Positions 1 through 8,557 of a stretch of DNA of 64,000 nt are shown here, piece after piece. Each line of letters starts with the position of its first letter. Position 1 is the stretch's first letter. This DNA is from Campylobacteraceae bacterium (GTDB lineage Bacteria > Campylobacterota > Campylobacteria > Campylobacterales > Sulfurovaceae): contig JALWKO010000026.1 of assembly GCA_027081405.1 (NCBI GenBank), forward strand, positions 100-64,099. The letters are read 5' to 3'. The notes under the pieces are model-generated. The model was not told the origin of the DNA. It saw nothing but the letters and a program-made list of their open reading frames with translations, and did no database searches. A program made the translations under genes and the position numbers.

Positions 1-1
1 C

Positions 2-307
2 TCCCGGGACGAAAAGGTTCGCGAAGCGGTCGTGGACGAGACGCTCCGGGAGCGCCTCGAGGAAGCCTTCAAGAAAATTTACGATCCCCTCTTTGCGGGG
101 AGTCTGATCCGCTGCGACTTTTTCGTCCGGGAGGGGGAGATCTATCTCAACGAGATCAACCCCATCCCCGGCTCGATGGCCCACTATCTTTTCGACGACT
201 TTCCGGCTCTGATCGAACGGCTTTCTTCCCATCTCCCCGCCGAGGCCCCCATCGGAGTCGACTACCGCTATATCCATTCGATCCAGAAAGCCAAGGGGAA
301 AGCCTGA
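2..307 (+). CDS. ddl: D-alanine--D-alanine ligase, C-terminal fragment (5' end outside window)
   Basis: Frame open from the window edge. C-terminal ATP-grasp motif IYLNEINPIPGSMAHYLF is typical of Ddl. Confidence 0.8.
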   Translation, partial: SRDEKVREAVVDETLRERLEEAFKKIYDPLFAGSLIRCDFFVREGEIYLNEINPIPGSMAHYLFDDFPALIERLSSHLPAEAPIGVDYRYIHSIQKAKGKA

Positions 308-412
308 TCCCCGCCTCTCCGCAATTCGGACCGATTTTCTCTTAATTAAAACTCATCTCCCAATATCACTTCGTTCACTTTCTGTTTAAGTTTTTTTATA
401 GCCGTGCGGGCC

Positions 413-418
413 TATAAT
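413..418 (+). promoter_or_regulatory. candidate -10 box (TATAAT) for the ccoNOQP operon
   Basis: TATAAT about 50 nt upstream of the ccoN ATG, preceded by a T-rich tract in an AT-rich spacer. Confidence 0.3.
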
Positions 419-467
419 ACCCTGTTACTGTTACGCCGTAGTAACAAAAATTCCATAGGAGGCTAAT

Positions 468-1934
468 ATGCAGTCAAGCGCAGCATTGGAATATGACTAT
501 TCCGTTGCCAAACTCTACATGTGGACGACTGTGATCTTCGGGATCGTCGGAATGACGATCGGTGTGTTGATCGCATCGCAACTGGCATGGCCGGAACTCA
601 ACTATCTGTTCGGTGAGTACGGCACCTTCTCCCGCCTGCGCCCGCTTCACACCAACGTGGTGATTTACGGATTTACCGTTAGCGGGATCATGGCTACATT
701 TTATTATGCCGCTCAGCGGGTGTTGAAAGTATCGCTCGCCGAGCTCCCTTTTTTCAATTTCCTGGCGAAATTGGATTTCGTAGCCTATTTGTTTGCTGCG
801 GCAGCGATGGTTGTCAGTGAATTGATGGGGATTACCGCTTCCAAAGAATATGCCCAGATGGAATGGCCTTTGGACGTCGCTATTGTTGTCTATTGGGTCA
901 TTTGGGGAATTGTGATGTTCGGGATGATCGGTGCTCGCCGTGAAAAAGCGCTCTATATCTCCATGTGGTACTACATCGCAACGTTCCTCGGTGTCGCGAT
1001 GCTCTATGTCTTCAACAACATGGAAGTGCCCACCATTTTCTTCTCGGGCGGCGTCGGTGCATGGTACCACTCGGTATCGATGTACGCCGGCACCAACGAC
1101 GCACTGGTCCAGTGGTGGTGGGGACACAACGCGGTGGCGTTCGTCTTTACTGTACCGATCATTGCGATGATTTACTACTTCCTCCCCAAAGAATCGGGTC
1201 AGGCGGTCTACTCTTACAAGCTCTCCCTGCTTTCGTTCTGGGGTCTAATGTTCGTCTACCTCTGGGCCGGCGGACACCACCTGCTCTGGTCGACCGTCCC
1301 CGACTGGATGCAGACGATGGGATCGGTCTTCTCAGTCGTACTGATCCTCCCCTCCTGGGGTTCGGCGATCAACATGCTGCTGACGATGAAGGGTGAGTGG
1401 AACCAGTTGACCGAGAACCCTCTGATCAAATTCATGATCCTCGCTTCTACCTTCTATATGCTTTCGACCCTCGAAGGGCCCATTCAGTCGGTCAAGTCGG
1501 TCAACGCGATCGCACACTTCACCGACTGGATTCCCGGTCACGTCCACGATGGAGTACTGGGATGGGTTGCTTTCATGATCTTCGCGGCGATTATGCATAT
1601 GTCCACCCGCGTCTTCAAGCGGGAGATCTACAGCAAATCGTTGCTGGAAGCCCAGTTTTGGATTCAGACGATCGGTGTCGTCCTCTACTTCACCTCGATG
1701 TGGATCGCCGGTATCACCCAGGGGATGATGTGGCGGGCAGTGGATGAGTACGGAAACCTGATGTACAGCTTCATCGACACCGTTTCGGTACTCCATCCCT
1801 ACTATGCAATCCGGGCGATCGGTGGTCTGCTCTATCTGATCGGTATGTTCATGTTCGCCTATAACTTCATCATGACCGCCACCGCCGGACGCAAACTCGA
1901 GCAGGAGCCCCAGTTCCGCTCCCCCATGGCTTAA
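468..1934 (+). CDS. ccoN: cbb3-type cytochrome c oxidase subunit I
   Basis: 488 aa polytopic membrane protein with heme-copper oxidase His motifs (WWGHNAVAF, WAGGHHLLW, HFTDWIPGHVHDGVLGW). SD aggagg upstream. Confidence 0.97.
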   Translation: MQSSAALEYDYSVAKLYMWTTVIFGIVGMTIGVLIASQLAWPELNYLFGEYGTFSRLRPLHTNVVIYGFTVSGIMATFYYAAQRVLKVSLAELPFFNFLAKLDFVAYLFAAAAMVVSELMGITASKEYAQMEWPLDVAIVVYWVIWGIVMFGMIGARREKALYISMWYYIATFLGVAMLYVFNNMEVPTIFFSGGVGAWYHSVSMYAGTNDALVQWWWGHNAVAFVFTVPIIAMIYYFLPKESGQAVYSYKLSLLSFWGLMFVYLWAGGHHLLWSTVPDWMQTMGSVFSVVLILPSWGSAINMLLTMKGEWNQLTENPLIKFMILASTFYMLSTLEGPIQSVKSVNAIAHFTDWIPGHVHDGVLGWVAFMIFAAIMHMSTRVFKREIYSKSLLEAQFWIQTIGVVLYFTSMWIAGITQGMMWRAVDEYGNLMYSFIDTVSVLHPYYAIRAIGGLLYLIGMFMFAYNFIMTATAGRKLEQEPQFRSPMA

Positions 1935-1948
1935 GAAGGAGGTAAAGA

Positions 1949-2617
1949 ATGTTTCATTGGTTGGAGAAGAACCCCTTCCTCTTCGCGGTCGGGGTGTTCG
2001 TCGTCATCGCGTTTGCGGGTCTCATCGAGATCCTGCCAAACTTCGCCGAAGCATCTCGTCCCGTCAAAGGGCTCAAACCCTATACGGTCCTCGAGCTCGC
2101 CGGTAAAGAGGTCTACAAGAAGGACAACTGCATTGCCTGCCATTCGCAGCTGATCCGTCCGTTCAAGGCCGAAACCGATCGTTACGGACGCTATTCGCTT
2201 TCGGGTGAGTATGCCTATGACCGCCCCTTCCTCTGGGGATCCAAGCGGACCGGTCCCGATCTGCACCGGGTCGGTAACTACCGGACGCCCGAATGGCATG
2301 CCAACCACATGTGGGATCCCAAGTCGGTCGTTCCGGCATCGATCATGCCCGCATACAAGCATCAGTTCACCAACATCGCCGACATCGCAACCGCCTACGC
2401 CGAAGCGGTGACCGTCAAGAAGGTGTTCCATACCCCCTACGGTGACGACATTCAGCCCGGCAAAGCGGCCTATGAGAAATACTACAAAGAGAAGGTCCTC
2501 CCCGAGGCGCTCAAAATCGCCAAGGCGATGAAAAACAAAGACGTGCTCGATATGGTCAAGCAGGGCAAGGTTCCCGAAATCGTCGCCCTGATCGCCTATC
2601 TGGAGCGTCTGAAGTAA
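1949..2617 (+). CDS. ccoO: cbb3-type cytochrome c oxidase subunit II (monoheme)
   Basis: N-terminal TM helix and CIACH heme c motif. Starts 14 nt after ccoN, with SD aaggagg. Confidence 0.95.
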   Translation: MFHWLEKNPFLFAVGVFVVIAFAGLIEILPNFAEASRPVKGLKPYTVLELAGKEVYKKDNCIACHSQLIRPFKAETDRYGRYSLSGEYAYDRPFLWGSKRTGPDLHRVGNYRTPEWHANHMWDPKSVVPASIMPAYKHQFTNIADIATAYAEAVTVKKVFHTPYGDDIQPGKAAYEKYYKEKVLPEALKIAKAMKNKDVLDMVKQGKVPEIVALIAYLERLK

Positions 2618-2626
2618 GGGGCTGCG

Positions 2627-2839
2627 ATGACGATGGCGGAGCTGCAGGGTTATATGATGTTTTTCTTCACGATCTTTCTAGTCGTGATCTTGTACGCCTA
2701 TATCCTGCATCTCTACCGCAGCGAAAAAAAAGGTGAGCGGGATTACGAAAAATACGGCAAGATCGCGATCGAAGACGAGATCGACGACAAGCCGGTGGAA
2801 GTCAATCCCAAAATCTCGAACGAAAAGAAGGAGAAGTAA
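2627..2839 (+). CDS. ccoQ: cbb3-type cytochrome c oxidase small subunit CcoQ
   Basis: 70 aa single-TM protein lying between ccoO and ccoP. Confidence 0.75.
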   Translation: MTMAELQGYMMFFFTIFLVVILYAYILHLYRSEKKGERDYEKYGKIAIEDEIDDKPVEVNPKISNEKKEK

Positions 2840-3727
2840 ATGAGTTCATTTGTTGTCAAAGGACTGGTGCTTGCGGGGGTTCTGATCGTCGCAACGCTGG
2901 TCGTGGTCAAGCAGATGCACATCGACCTGAGCGATCCGGTCAACATGATCACGTTCCTCGGGGCGATTGCGATTGCGGTGCTGTCTTTCGGTGTGGCTGC
3001 CAAATATATGGGGCAGATGAAGACCGATACCGCTACTGGGGAACTGGCCGAAGAGAACTGGGACGGGATCGGTGAGTACAAAAACGAACTTCCCGCCGGA
3101 TGGGCCTATTCGTTCTTGGGGACTATCATCTGGGCGGCATGGTATTGGCTGGCAGGATATCCCCTCAACGCTTACAGCCGGATCGGCGAGTACAACCAGG
3201 AAGTCAAGCAGTATCAGCAGAAATTCCAGGAGAAATGGAAAAACCCCTCTCCCGAAACGCTCAAAGAGATGGGGGAATCGATCTTCCTGGTTCAGTGTGC
3301 CCCCTGTCACGGGGAGACCGGCGACGGGCTCTCGGGCAAGGCGCAGGATTTCACCCATCGGATGAGCAAAGAGCAGGTACTGGCCGTACTCAAGGGCGGT
3401 CAGCATCAGCTTAAATATCCTCTCGGTGCGATGCCTCCGGGGCTGGCCCAAGGCAAAGCTGCCGAAGAAGTGGCTGAGTACGTGGCCAACGGACTGAAGG
3501 GTAAGGCTCCCGCCGCATGGGCGACCTGTGCCGGTTGTCACGGGCAGGACGGCAAAGGGAACGGCGGTTCGGCACCCAACCTGGCCGAATACGACGAAAC
3601 CCTGGTCCAGCATGTGCTCAAAAACGGAAAAACCGGAATCATCGGTACGATGCCTTCTTTCGTCAACCGCTTCACACCGGTTCAGGAAAAAGCGCTGGCT
3701 GCGTATCTGAAAACCCTCAAGCAGTAA
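2840..3727 (+). CDS. ccoP: cbb3-type cytochrome c oxidase subunit III (diheme)
   Basis: N-terminal TM region and two CxxCH motifs (CAPCH, CAGCH). Start abuts the ccoQ stop. Confidence 0.93.
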   Translation: MSSFVVKGLVLAGVLIVATLVVVKQMHIDLSDPVNMITFLGAIAIAVLSFGVAAKYMGQMKTDTATGELAEENWDGIGEYKNELPAGWAYSFLGTIIWAAWYWLAGYPLNAYSRIGEYNQEVKQYQQKFQEKWKNPSPETLKEMGESIFLVQCAPCHGETGDGLSGKAQDFTHRMSKEQVLAVLKGGQHQLKYPLGAMPPGLAQGKAAEEVAEYVANGLKGKAPAAWATCAGCHGQDGKGNGGSAPNLAEYDETLVQHVLKNGKTGIIGTMPSFVNRFTPVQEKALAAYLKTLKQ

Positions 3728-3737
3728 GGAGTGGACA

Positions 3738-3971
3738 ATGGCTGCAACAGAAAATACGAACCGCAATGCATGGGGTATCAATGGGGTCCTTGGTATGCTC
3801 ATCGCTACTGCGCTCTTGTTGAGCATACTGGCATTTCTCGTGTCCAATGCTATCCGTATCGAACGGGCAGAAGTGACGCATCCGTACGACCCGTCTCCGG
3901 TGATCAACAGCCTTGACAATGTCAAGATGATCAGCAAGGACAACGCGAAATACGACATTTCCAATCTCTAA
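3738..3971 (+). CDS. small membrane protein, DUF4006-like (cbb3-associated)
   Basis: 77 aa, one TM helix. Same position after ccoP as the DUF4006 gene in Campylobacter-type clusters. Confidence 0.6.
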   Translation: MAATENTNRNAWGINGVLGMLIATALLLSILAFLVSNAIRIERAEVTHPYDPSPVINSLDNVKMISKDNAKYDISNL

Positions 3972-3985
3972 GCGAGGAGCGCATC

Positions 3986-4087
3986 ATGATCAAGTATATG
4001 GACAAAATCATCACCCTTGGACTGGTGATCCTCGCCGCGATTACCTTCTGGGCTGTTGTGACTCCTAATCACCTCTTCGTAGGCTGA
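3986..4087 (+). CDS. 33 aa single-TM micro-ORF (MIKYMDKIITLGLVILAAITFWAVVTPNHLFVG)
   Basis: Hand-translated; below the ORF-track length cutoff. SD-like gaggag lies 6 nt upstream, and the ORF fills the gap in the cbb3 accessory cluster. Confidence 0.35.
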   Translation: MIKYMDKIITLGLVILAAITFWAVVTPNHLFVG

Positions 4088-4092
4088 TCCGG

Positions 4093-4689
4093 ATGACCGC
4101 CGCAGCGGCAAGGGCCGCCTTGCTGTTGCTCGTATTCTCCTGGGCCGGTTTCGCCGGCTACCTCTACAACGACCACATCCTTTCCCCCAAAGCCTCGGAC
4201 ATCATCGAAAAAATCGGCCTCGAGCTGTACCAAAAAACCGGGATCTCCGAATATGCGATCGTGACGAACGAATCGCTGGGGAGAGGGGTGAGTCTCTACG
4301 ATTACGTCAAAAACGAACATCCCGATCTGAAACGGCCCTATGCGGTGCTGATCCTGGCGCCAAACAGCAAACGGATCGGGATCGTCGTTTCGGATCCTTC
4401 CCTCAAAAACATGTATGACGACGATCGGGTCAAAGGGTACGCGATCCGGATCATCGGAAGTCCCGACAAGAACACGATGCAGTCGAAGTACGACGTAGGG
4501 GTGGTGCAGGCCTATTCGGAACTGGCAGACGAGATTGCGGCAAGCAAGGGGGTCAAACTGAACAATACGATCAAAGACGAGGGACGATGGCTGATCGACG
4601 CGATCACCTGGCTCGTCTATTTAGGTTCGGTTGTGATTTTTTGGATATATTTCGGCCGACCTCTGATCCGAAGGATACGTAATGGCTGA
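4093..4689 (+). CDS. membrane-anchored protein, TPM-domain-like (cbb3 cluster accessory)
   Basis: 198 aa with an N-terminal signal/anchor and a C-terminal TM helix. The central part resembles the TPM/YgcG fold pattern. Family call is tentative. Confidence 0.5.
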   Translation: MTAAAARAALLLLVFSWAGFAGYLYNDHILSPKASDIIEKIGLELYQKTGISEYAIVTNESLGRGVSLYDYVKNEHPDLKRPYAVLILAPNSKRIGIVVSDPSLKNMYDDDRVKGYAIRIIGSPDKNTMQSKYDVGVVQAYSELADEIAASKGVKLNNTIKDEGRWLIDAITWLVYLGSVVIFWIYFGRPLIRRIRNG

Positions 4690-5245
4690 ACAAGCTTCCA
4701 AAAAGACCTACTGGCCTCACATGATCCTGGGCTTTCTGGCGATCGGGATCACTCTGGGATTTTGGACCGTCAAACATGCCATCCAGTTACCCGTACATGA
4801 GTCCAATGAATTCATGATGAAATATCAACAAGCCGATATGGACTACAATCAGATCCAGGAGGCCCAGGCCCGTTTCGATGCACGGTACAAGGTGGCTCTC
4901 GAAGGGATGAGAGATTCCGATTTCAAGCCCAAACACGTCAAACGGCATATCGGTCGCATCGTGGCGTTGCAAAAGGTCAATACCGTTACCTATCGGGTCA
5001 CCGACAAGGCGGGCAATCCTGTCGATGACGCCAACGTCACCCTTCTGTTGACACGTCCATTCACCGAAAAAGAAGATCAACATTTCACCCTCACTCACAC
5101 CGGTAACGGCATCTATCGAGTCGAGAAGGTTTCCATTCCCCATTATGGACGTTACATTTTGCGTGTACGCGTGCAAAAGGGGGATGCGGTAGGTTTCATG
5201 GATACCGAAGGGTATCGCAGACCTCCCGTCGATTCCCCCCACTGA
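4682..5245 (+). CDS. FixH-like protein
   Basis: 187 aa with an N-terminal TM helix followed by a beta-rich domain. Overlaps the upstream gene by 8 nt, in cbb3 maturation context. Confidence 0.55.
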   Translation: MAEQASKKTYWPHMILGFLAIGITLGFWTVKHAIQLPVHESNEFMMKYQQADMDYNQIQEAQARFDARYKVALEGMRDSDFKPKHVKRHIGRIVALQKVNTVTYRVTDKAGNPVDDANVTLLLTRPFTEKEDQHFTLTHTGNGIYRVEKVSIPHYGRYILRVRVQKGDAVGFMDTEGYRRPPVDSPH

Positions 5246-5460
5246 TCGCCCGTCGATTTCCACAATTTCATTTCCCTCCCAAAACATCCATTCACGATAC
5301 ACGTTCGCAGGGTCGGTTGGTGCCGGATGGCGCGGAAGCTTCCATGGATTTCCGAGTGTGAATCCGGCATCTTCACCGTGGTTTTTTGCCGTTCTTTGGG
5401 GGCTTGATAAGAACTTTTGGGTTACAATAAACCGTTCGCAACCCAAAAGAAGGAGCACCC

Positions 5461-6540
5461 ATGGCACGCAAATGGTTCAAACTCACGGCCCTGGTCGGTG
5501 CGGTCGCACTCGCCGCGACCCCCGTAAGCGCCAAGAAGATCCGCTGGAGACTCGCCGAGACTTGGCCCTCCACCCTGACCCCTCTGGCCTCTCCTCCGGC
5601 CAAACTGGCCGCCTGGATGAAAGAGATGAGTGATGGCAAGTTCATCATCAAGGTCGAGGGCAAAGAGAAGCACAAAGCCCCGCTGGGTATCCTCGACATG
5701 GTCAAAAACGGCCAGTATCAGATGGGCCACAGTGGTTCGTACTACTGGAAAGGCAAAGACATCAACACCGTTTGGTTCACGACGGTTCCCTTCGGAATGA
5801 CCCCTTCCGAGCAGTATGCCTGGTTCTACTACGGAAACGGTATGAAATACATGAAGGAGGTCTACAGCAAATTCGGCGTCTACAGCTTCCCCGGCGGAAA
5901 TACCGGCAACCAGATGGGGGGATGGTTCCGCAAACCCATCAAAAGCGTCGACGACCTCAAAGGGCTCAAGATGCGGATCCCCGGACTGGCGGGTGAGGTG
6001 ATGGCAAAACTGGGTGTCAACGTGGTCAATATCCCCGCAGGAGAACTGTATACGGCACTCGATCGGGGAACCATCGACGCACTGGAATGGGTCGGACCCG
6101 GTATGGACATCAAGATGGGATTCTACAAGGTAGCCAAATACTACTACACCGGCTGGCACGAGCCTGCTAGTGAAATGCAGTTCCTGGTCAACAAAAAGGC
6201 CTTCGACAAACTCCCCAAAAAATATCAGACGATGCTGATCGTGGGGATGAAAGCGGCGGCGATGGATATGTATATCGAAAACTTCGCCGAATCGGTAGAT
6301 GCATGGCAGCGGATGAAAAAAGAACATCCCGAAATTCAGGTCAAAACCTTCCCCTTGCCGGTACTCAAAGCGCTCAAAAAGGCGGCAGACGAAGTGTATG
6401 ACGAATATGCAGCCAAGAACCCCAAGTTCAAGGAGATCCGCGACGACTACTTCTCGTATATGAAAAAAGCGCGGCAGTGGTCGATGATGAGTCAGTACTA
6501 CTATCTCCAGATGAGCAAAGAGCTGGGGATCACCAAGTAA
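5461..6540 (+). CDS. TRAP transporter substrate-binding protein (DctP-type family)
   Basis: 359 aa with a signal peptide and SD aaggag. Followed by DctQ and DctM homologues. Confidence 0.9.
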   Translation: MARKWFKLTALVGAVALAATPVSAKKIRWRLAETWPSTLTPLASPPAKLAAWMKEMSDGKFIIKVEGKEKHKAPLGILDMVKNGQYQMGHSGSYYWKGKDINTVWFTTVPFGMTPSEQYAWFYYGNGMKYMKEVYSKFGVYSFPGGNTGNQMGGWFRKPIKSVDDLKGLKMRIPGLAGEVMAKLGVNVVNIPAGELYTALDRGTIDALEWVGPGMDIKMGFYKVAKYYYTGWHEPASEMQFLVNKKAFDKLPKKYQTMLIVGMKAAAMDMYIENFAESVDAWQRMKKEHPEIQVKTFPLPVLKALKKAADEVYDEYAAKNPKFKEIRDDYFSYMKKARQWSMMSQYYYLQMSKELGITK

Positions 6541-6558
6541 CGAATGCTTTGGCGTTCG
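6541..6558 (+). terminator. weak hairpin after the TRAP binding-protein gene (cgaatgc-tttg-gcgttcg)
   Basis: 6 of 7 bp stem directly after the stop codon. Confidence 0.3.
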
Positions 6559-6560
6559 TT

Positions 6561-6660
6561 ACGTCATTGGTCACTGGTCATTGGTCATTGGGGGGGTAAG
6601 GCGTGGAAGCATGCTTCTACTCCATTTTCCCAAATGACCAATGACTAATGACGAATGACC
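6561..6660. repeat. long inverted repeat built of TTGGTCA/CCAATGA heptamer arrays
   Basis: Left arm is gtcattggtcactggtcattggtcattgggg. Right arm is cccaaatgaccaatgactaatgacgaatgac. About 35 nt separates them. Confidence 0.85.
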
Positions 6661-7214
6661 AAAATCCGAAGGGTTTTATCTTGCTGACAAAACTTGAAAA
6701 GGTGACCGACAAGTTCATCGACGGGGTGGGGTATCTCACCGGGATTCTGATGATCTGGCTGATACTTAATGTCGCCTGGGACGTAATGATGCGCTACGTC
6801 TTCCACGATAGTTCCATCGCCATGCAGGAGCTGGAGTGGCATACATTCGCTGTGGTCATGCTCTACGGGACCGGGTACGCTCTGCGTCACAACGCCCACG
6901 TGCGGGTCGATTTCCTCTATGACCGGCTCTCACCCAGGGCACAGGCATGGATCAATATCTTGGGGACGATCTTTTTTCTCCTCCCGGTAGCGGTGCTGGT
7001 GATCTACGGATCGTGGGATTTCGTGATGGATTCGTACACGTCGCACGAGATCAGCGACGATCCGGGAGGGCTCCCTTACCGTTGGGTAATCAAGGCACAG
7101 ATTCCATTGGCTTTTGCTTTTTTGATATTGTGCGCATTTAATTTCATCCTCCATTATGTCAACGTGCTCCGTGGAGTGGAGGATCCCCTGCCGATCGAGG
7201 AGGATGAACTATGA
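6648..7214 (+). CDS. TRAP transporter small permease (DctQ family)
   Basis: 188 aa with 4 predicted TM helices. The first ~5 codons lie in the heptamer array, so the true start may be downstream. Confidence 0.85.
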   Translation: MTNDQNPKGFILLTKLEKVTDKFIDGVGYLTGILMIWLILNVAWDVMMRYVFHDSSIAMQELEWHTFAVVMLYGTGYALRHNAHVRVDFLYDRLSPRAQAWINILGTIFFLLPVAVLVIYGSWDFVMDSYTSHEISDDPGGLPYRWVIKAQIPLAFAFLILCAFNFILHYVNVLRGVEDPLPIEEDEL

Positions 7215-8551
7215 TCGGACTGTGGATGTTTCTTGCGGCGTTGGTAATGCTGGTGATCGGCTATCCGGTCGCATTTACCTTCGGAGCGGTATCGCTCTAC
7301 TTCGGTGCTCTGGCGGCACTTTTTGAGTTATTGCCGGATGGAGGAGTGACACTGGCGGACTGGTGGGACGAATTCAATTCTATGTTCTCTATGATGCCGT
7401 TTCGGATCTACTCCATCATGACCAACAAGATCCTCATGGCGGTTCCGCTCTTCATTTTCATGGGGATCGTCCTACAAAAATCCCAGTTGGCCGAGCGGCT
7501 GCTGGAGAGTATGGGAACTCTGTTCGGGAAAGTCCGGGGAGGATTGGCGATCTCCACGGTGCTCATCGGGGCGTTGTTGGCGGCATCCACGGGGGTCGTG
7601 GGGGCTTCGGTGGTGGCGATGGGGGTGATCAGCCTCCCGATCATGCTCCGCCACGGATACGACAAACCCCTCTCCACCGGAACGATCTGTGCGGCGGGGA
7701 CTCTGGGGCAGATCATCCCCCCTTCGATCGTCTTGATCGTCCTGGCCGACGTGTTCCAGCTTCCGGTCGGAGATCTCTTCAAGGCAGCGATCCTACCGGG
7801 GATGGCGCTGGTAGGGGTCTATATCCTCTATATCCTCGTCCTTTCGTTTCTCAAACCCTCCGTCGCTCCGGCACTCGATCCCGAGGAGGGGGTGCGCTAC
7901 GGGGCGAGCGTCAAACGGGCTCTTGTCGCCATCATCCCCCCGCTGACTCTGATCGTACTGGTTTTGGGTTCGATCTTCGCCGGGATCGCCACCCCCACCG
8001 AATCGGCTTCGTTGGGCGCGTTGGGCAGCCTAGTGCTCGCGGCGTTGTATCGGAAACTCAGTTATGCCATGGTGCGGGATGCGGCACTCGAGACGGTCAA
8101 GACCACATCGATGGTTTTCGCGATTCTGGTAGGGGCGACGGCCTTTTCGATGGTCTTTGTCTACAGCGGTGCCGATGAGATCGTAGAACATTTCATGACC
8201 CAGCTGCCGGGTGAAAAGTGGGGATTCCTCCTTTTGACGATGGGGATCATCTTTTTCCTTGGATTTTTCATCGATTTCTTCGAAATCTCCTATATCGTCG
8301 TGCCGATTCTACTGCCGATCGCCCAGAAAATCGGTCTCGATCCCATGTGGTTCGCGATTCTGATCGCGCTCAATCTCCAAAGCTCTTTCCTCACTCCGCC
8401 CTTCGGGTTCAGCCTCTTCTACCTCAAAGGGGTCGCCCCGCCGGAGGTGAAGACCACCGAGATCTACCGGGGAGTCGTCCCATTCATTCTGCTGCAGATC
8501 CTCGTTTTGGCCTCCATTGTCTTCTTCCCTCACCTCTACGGGTTCAAATAG
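7211..8551 (+). CDS. TRAP transporter large permease (DctM family)
   Basis: 446 aa polytopic membrane protein. ATGA overlap with the DctQ gene. Confidence 0.93.
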   Translation: MIGLWMFLAALVMLVIGYPVAFTFGAVSLYFGALAALFELLPDGGVTLADWWDEFNSMFSMMPFRIYSIMTNKILMAVPLFIFMGIVLQKSQLAERLLESMGTLFGKVRGGLAISTVLIGALLAASTGVVGASVVAMGVISLPIMLRHGYDKPLSTGTICAAGTLGQIIPPSIVLIVLADVFQLPVGDLFKAAILPGMALVGVYILYILVLSFLKPSVAPALDPEEGVRYGASVKRALVAIIPPLTLIVLVLGSIFAGIATPTESASLGALGSLVLAALYRKLSYAMVRDAALETVKTTSMVFAILVGATAFSMVFVYSGADEIVEHFMTQLPGEKWGFLLLTMGIIFFLGFFIDFFEISYIVVPILLPIAQKIGLDPMWFAILIALNLQSSFLTPPFGFSLFYLKGVAPPEVKTTEIYRGVVPFILLQILVLASIVFFPHLYGFK

Positions 8552-8557
8552 CCGGGA

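Noticed and set aside
5422-6327. Long antisense or out-of-frame 'shadow' ORFs. Examples: 5422-6327, 9479-10180, 11482-12558, 14970-16223, 17272-18525, 18261-19418, 21836-22918, 24165-24959, 26916-28019, 29055-30170, 32272-33873, 36504-38393, 37301-39262, 41521-42396, 42426-43511, 43530-44876, 51022-52380, 57867-59930, 60338-61585.
   Set aside because: Each overlaps a gene with clear family motifs. Their products are Arg/Pro/Gly/His-rich low-complexity strings, as expected from stop-poor alternative frames in ~60% GC DNA.
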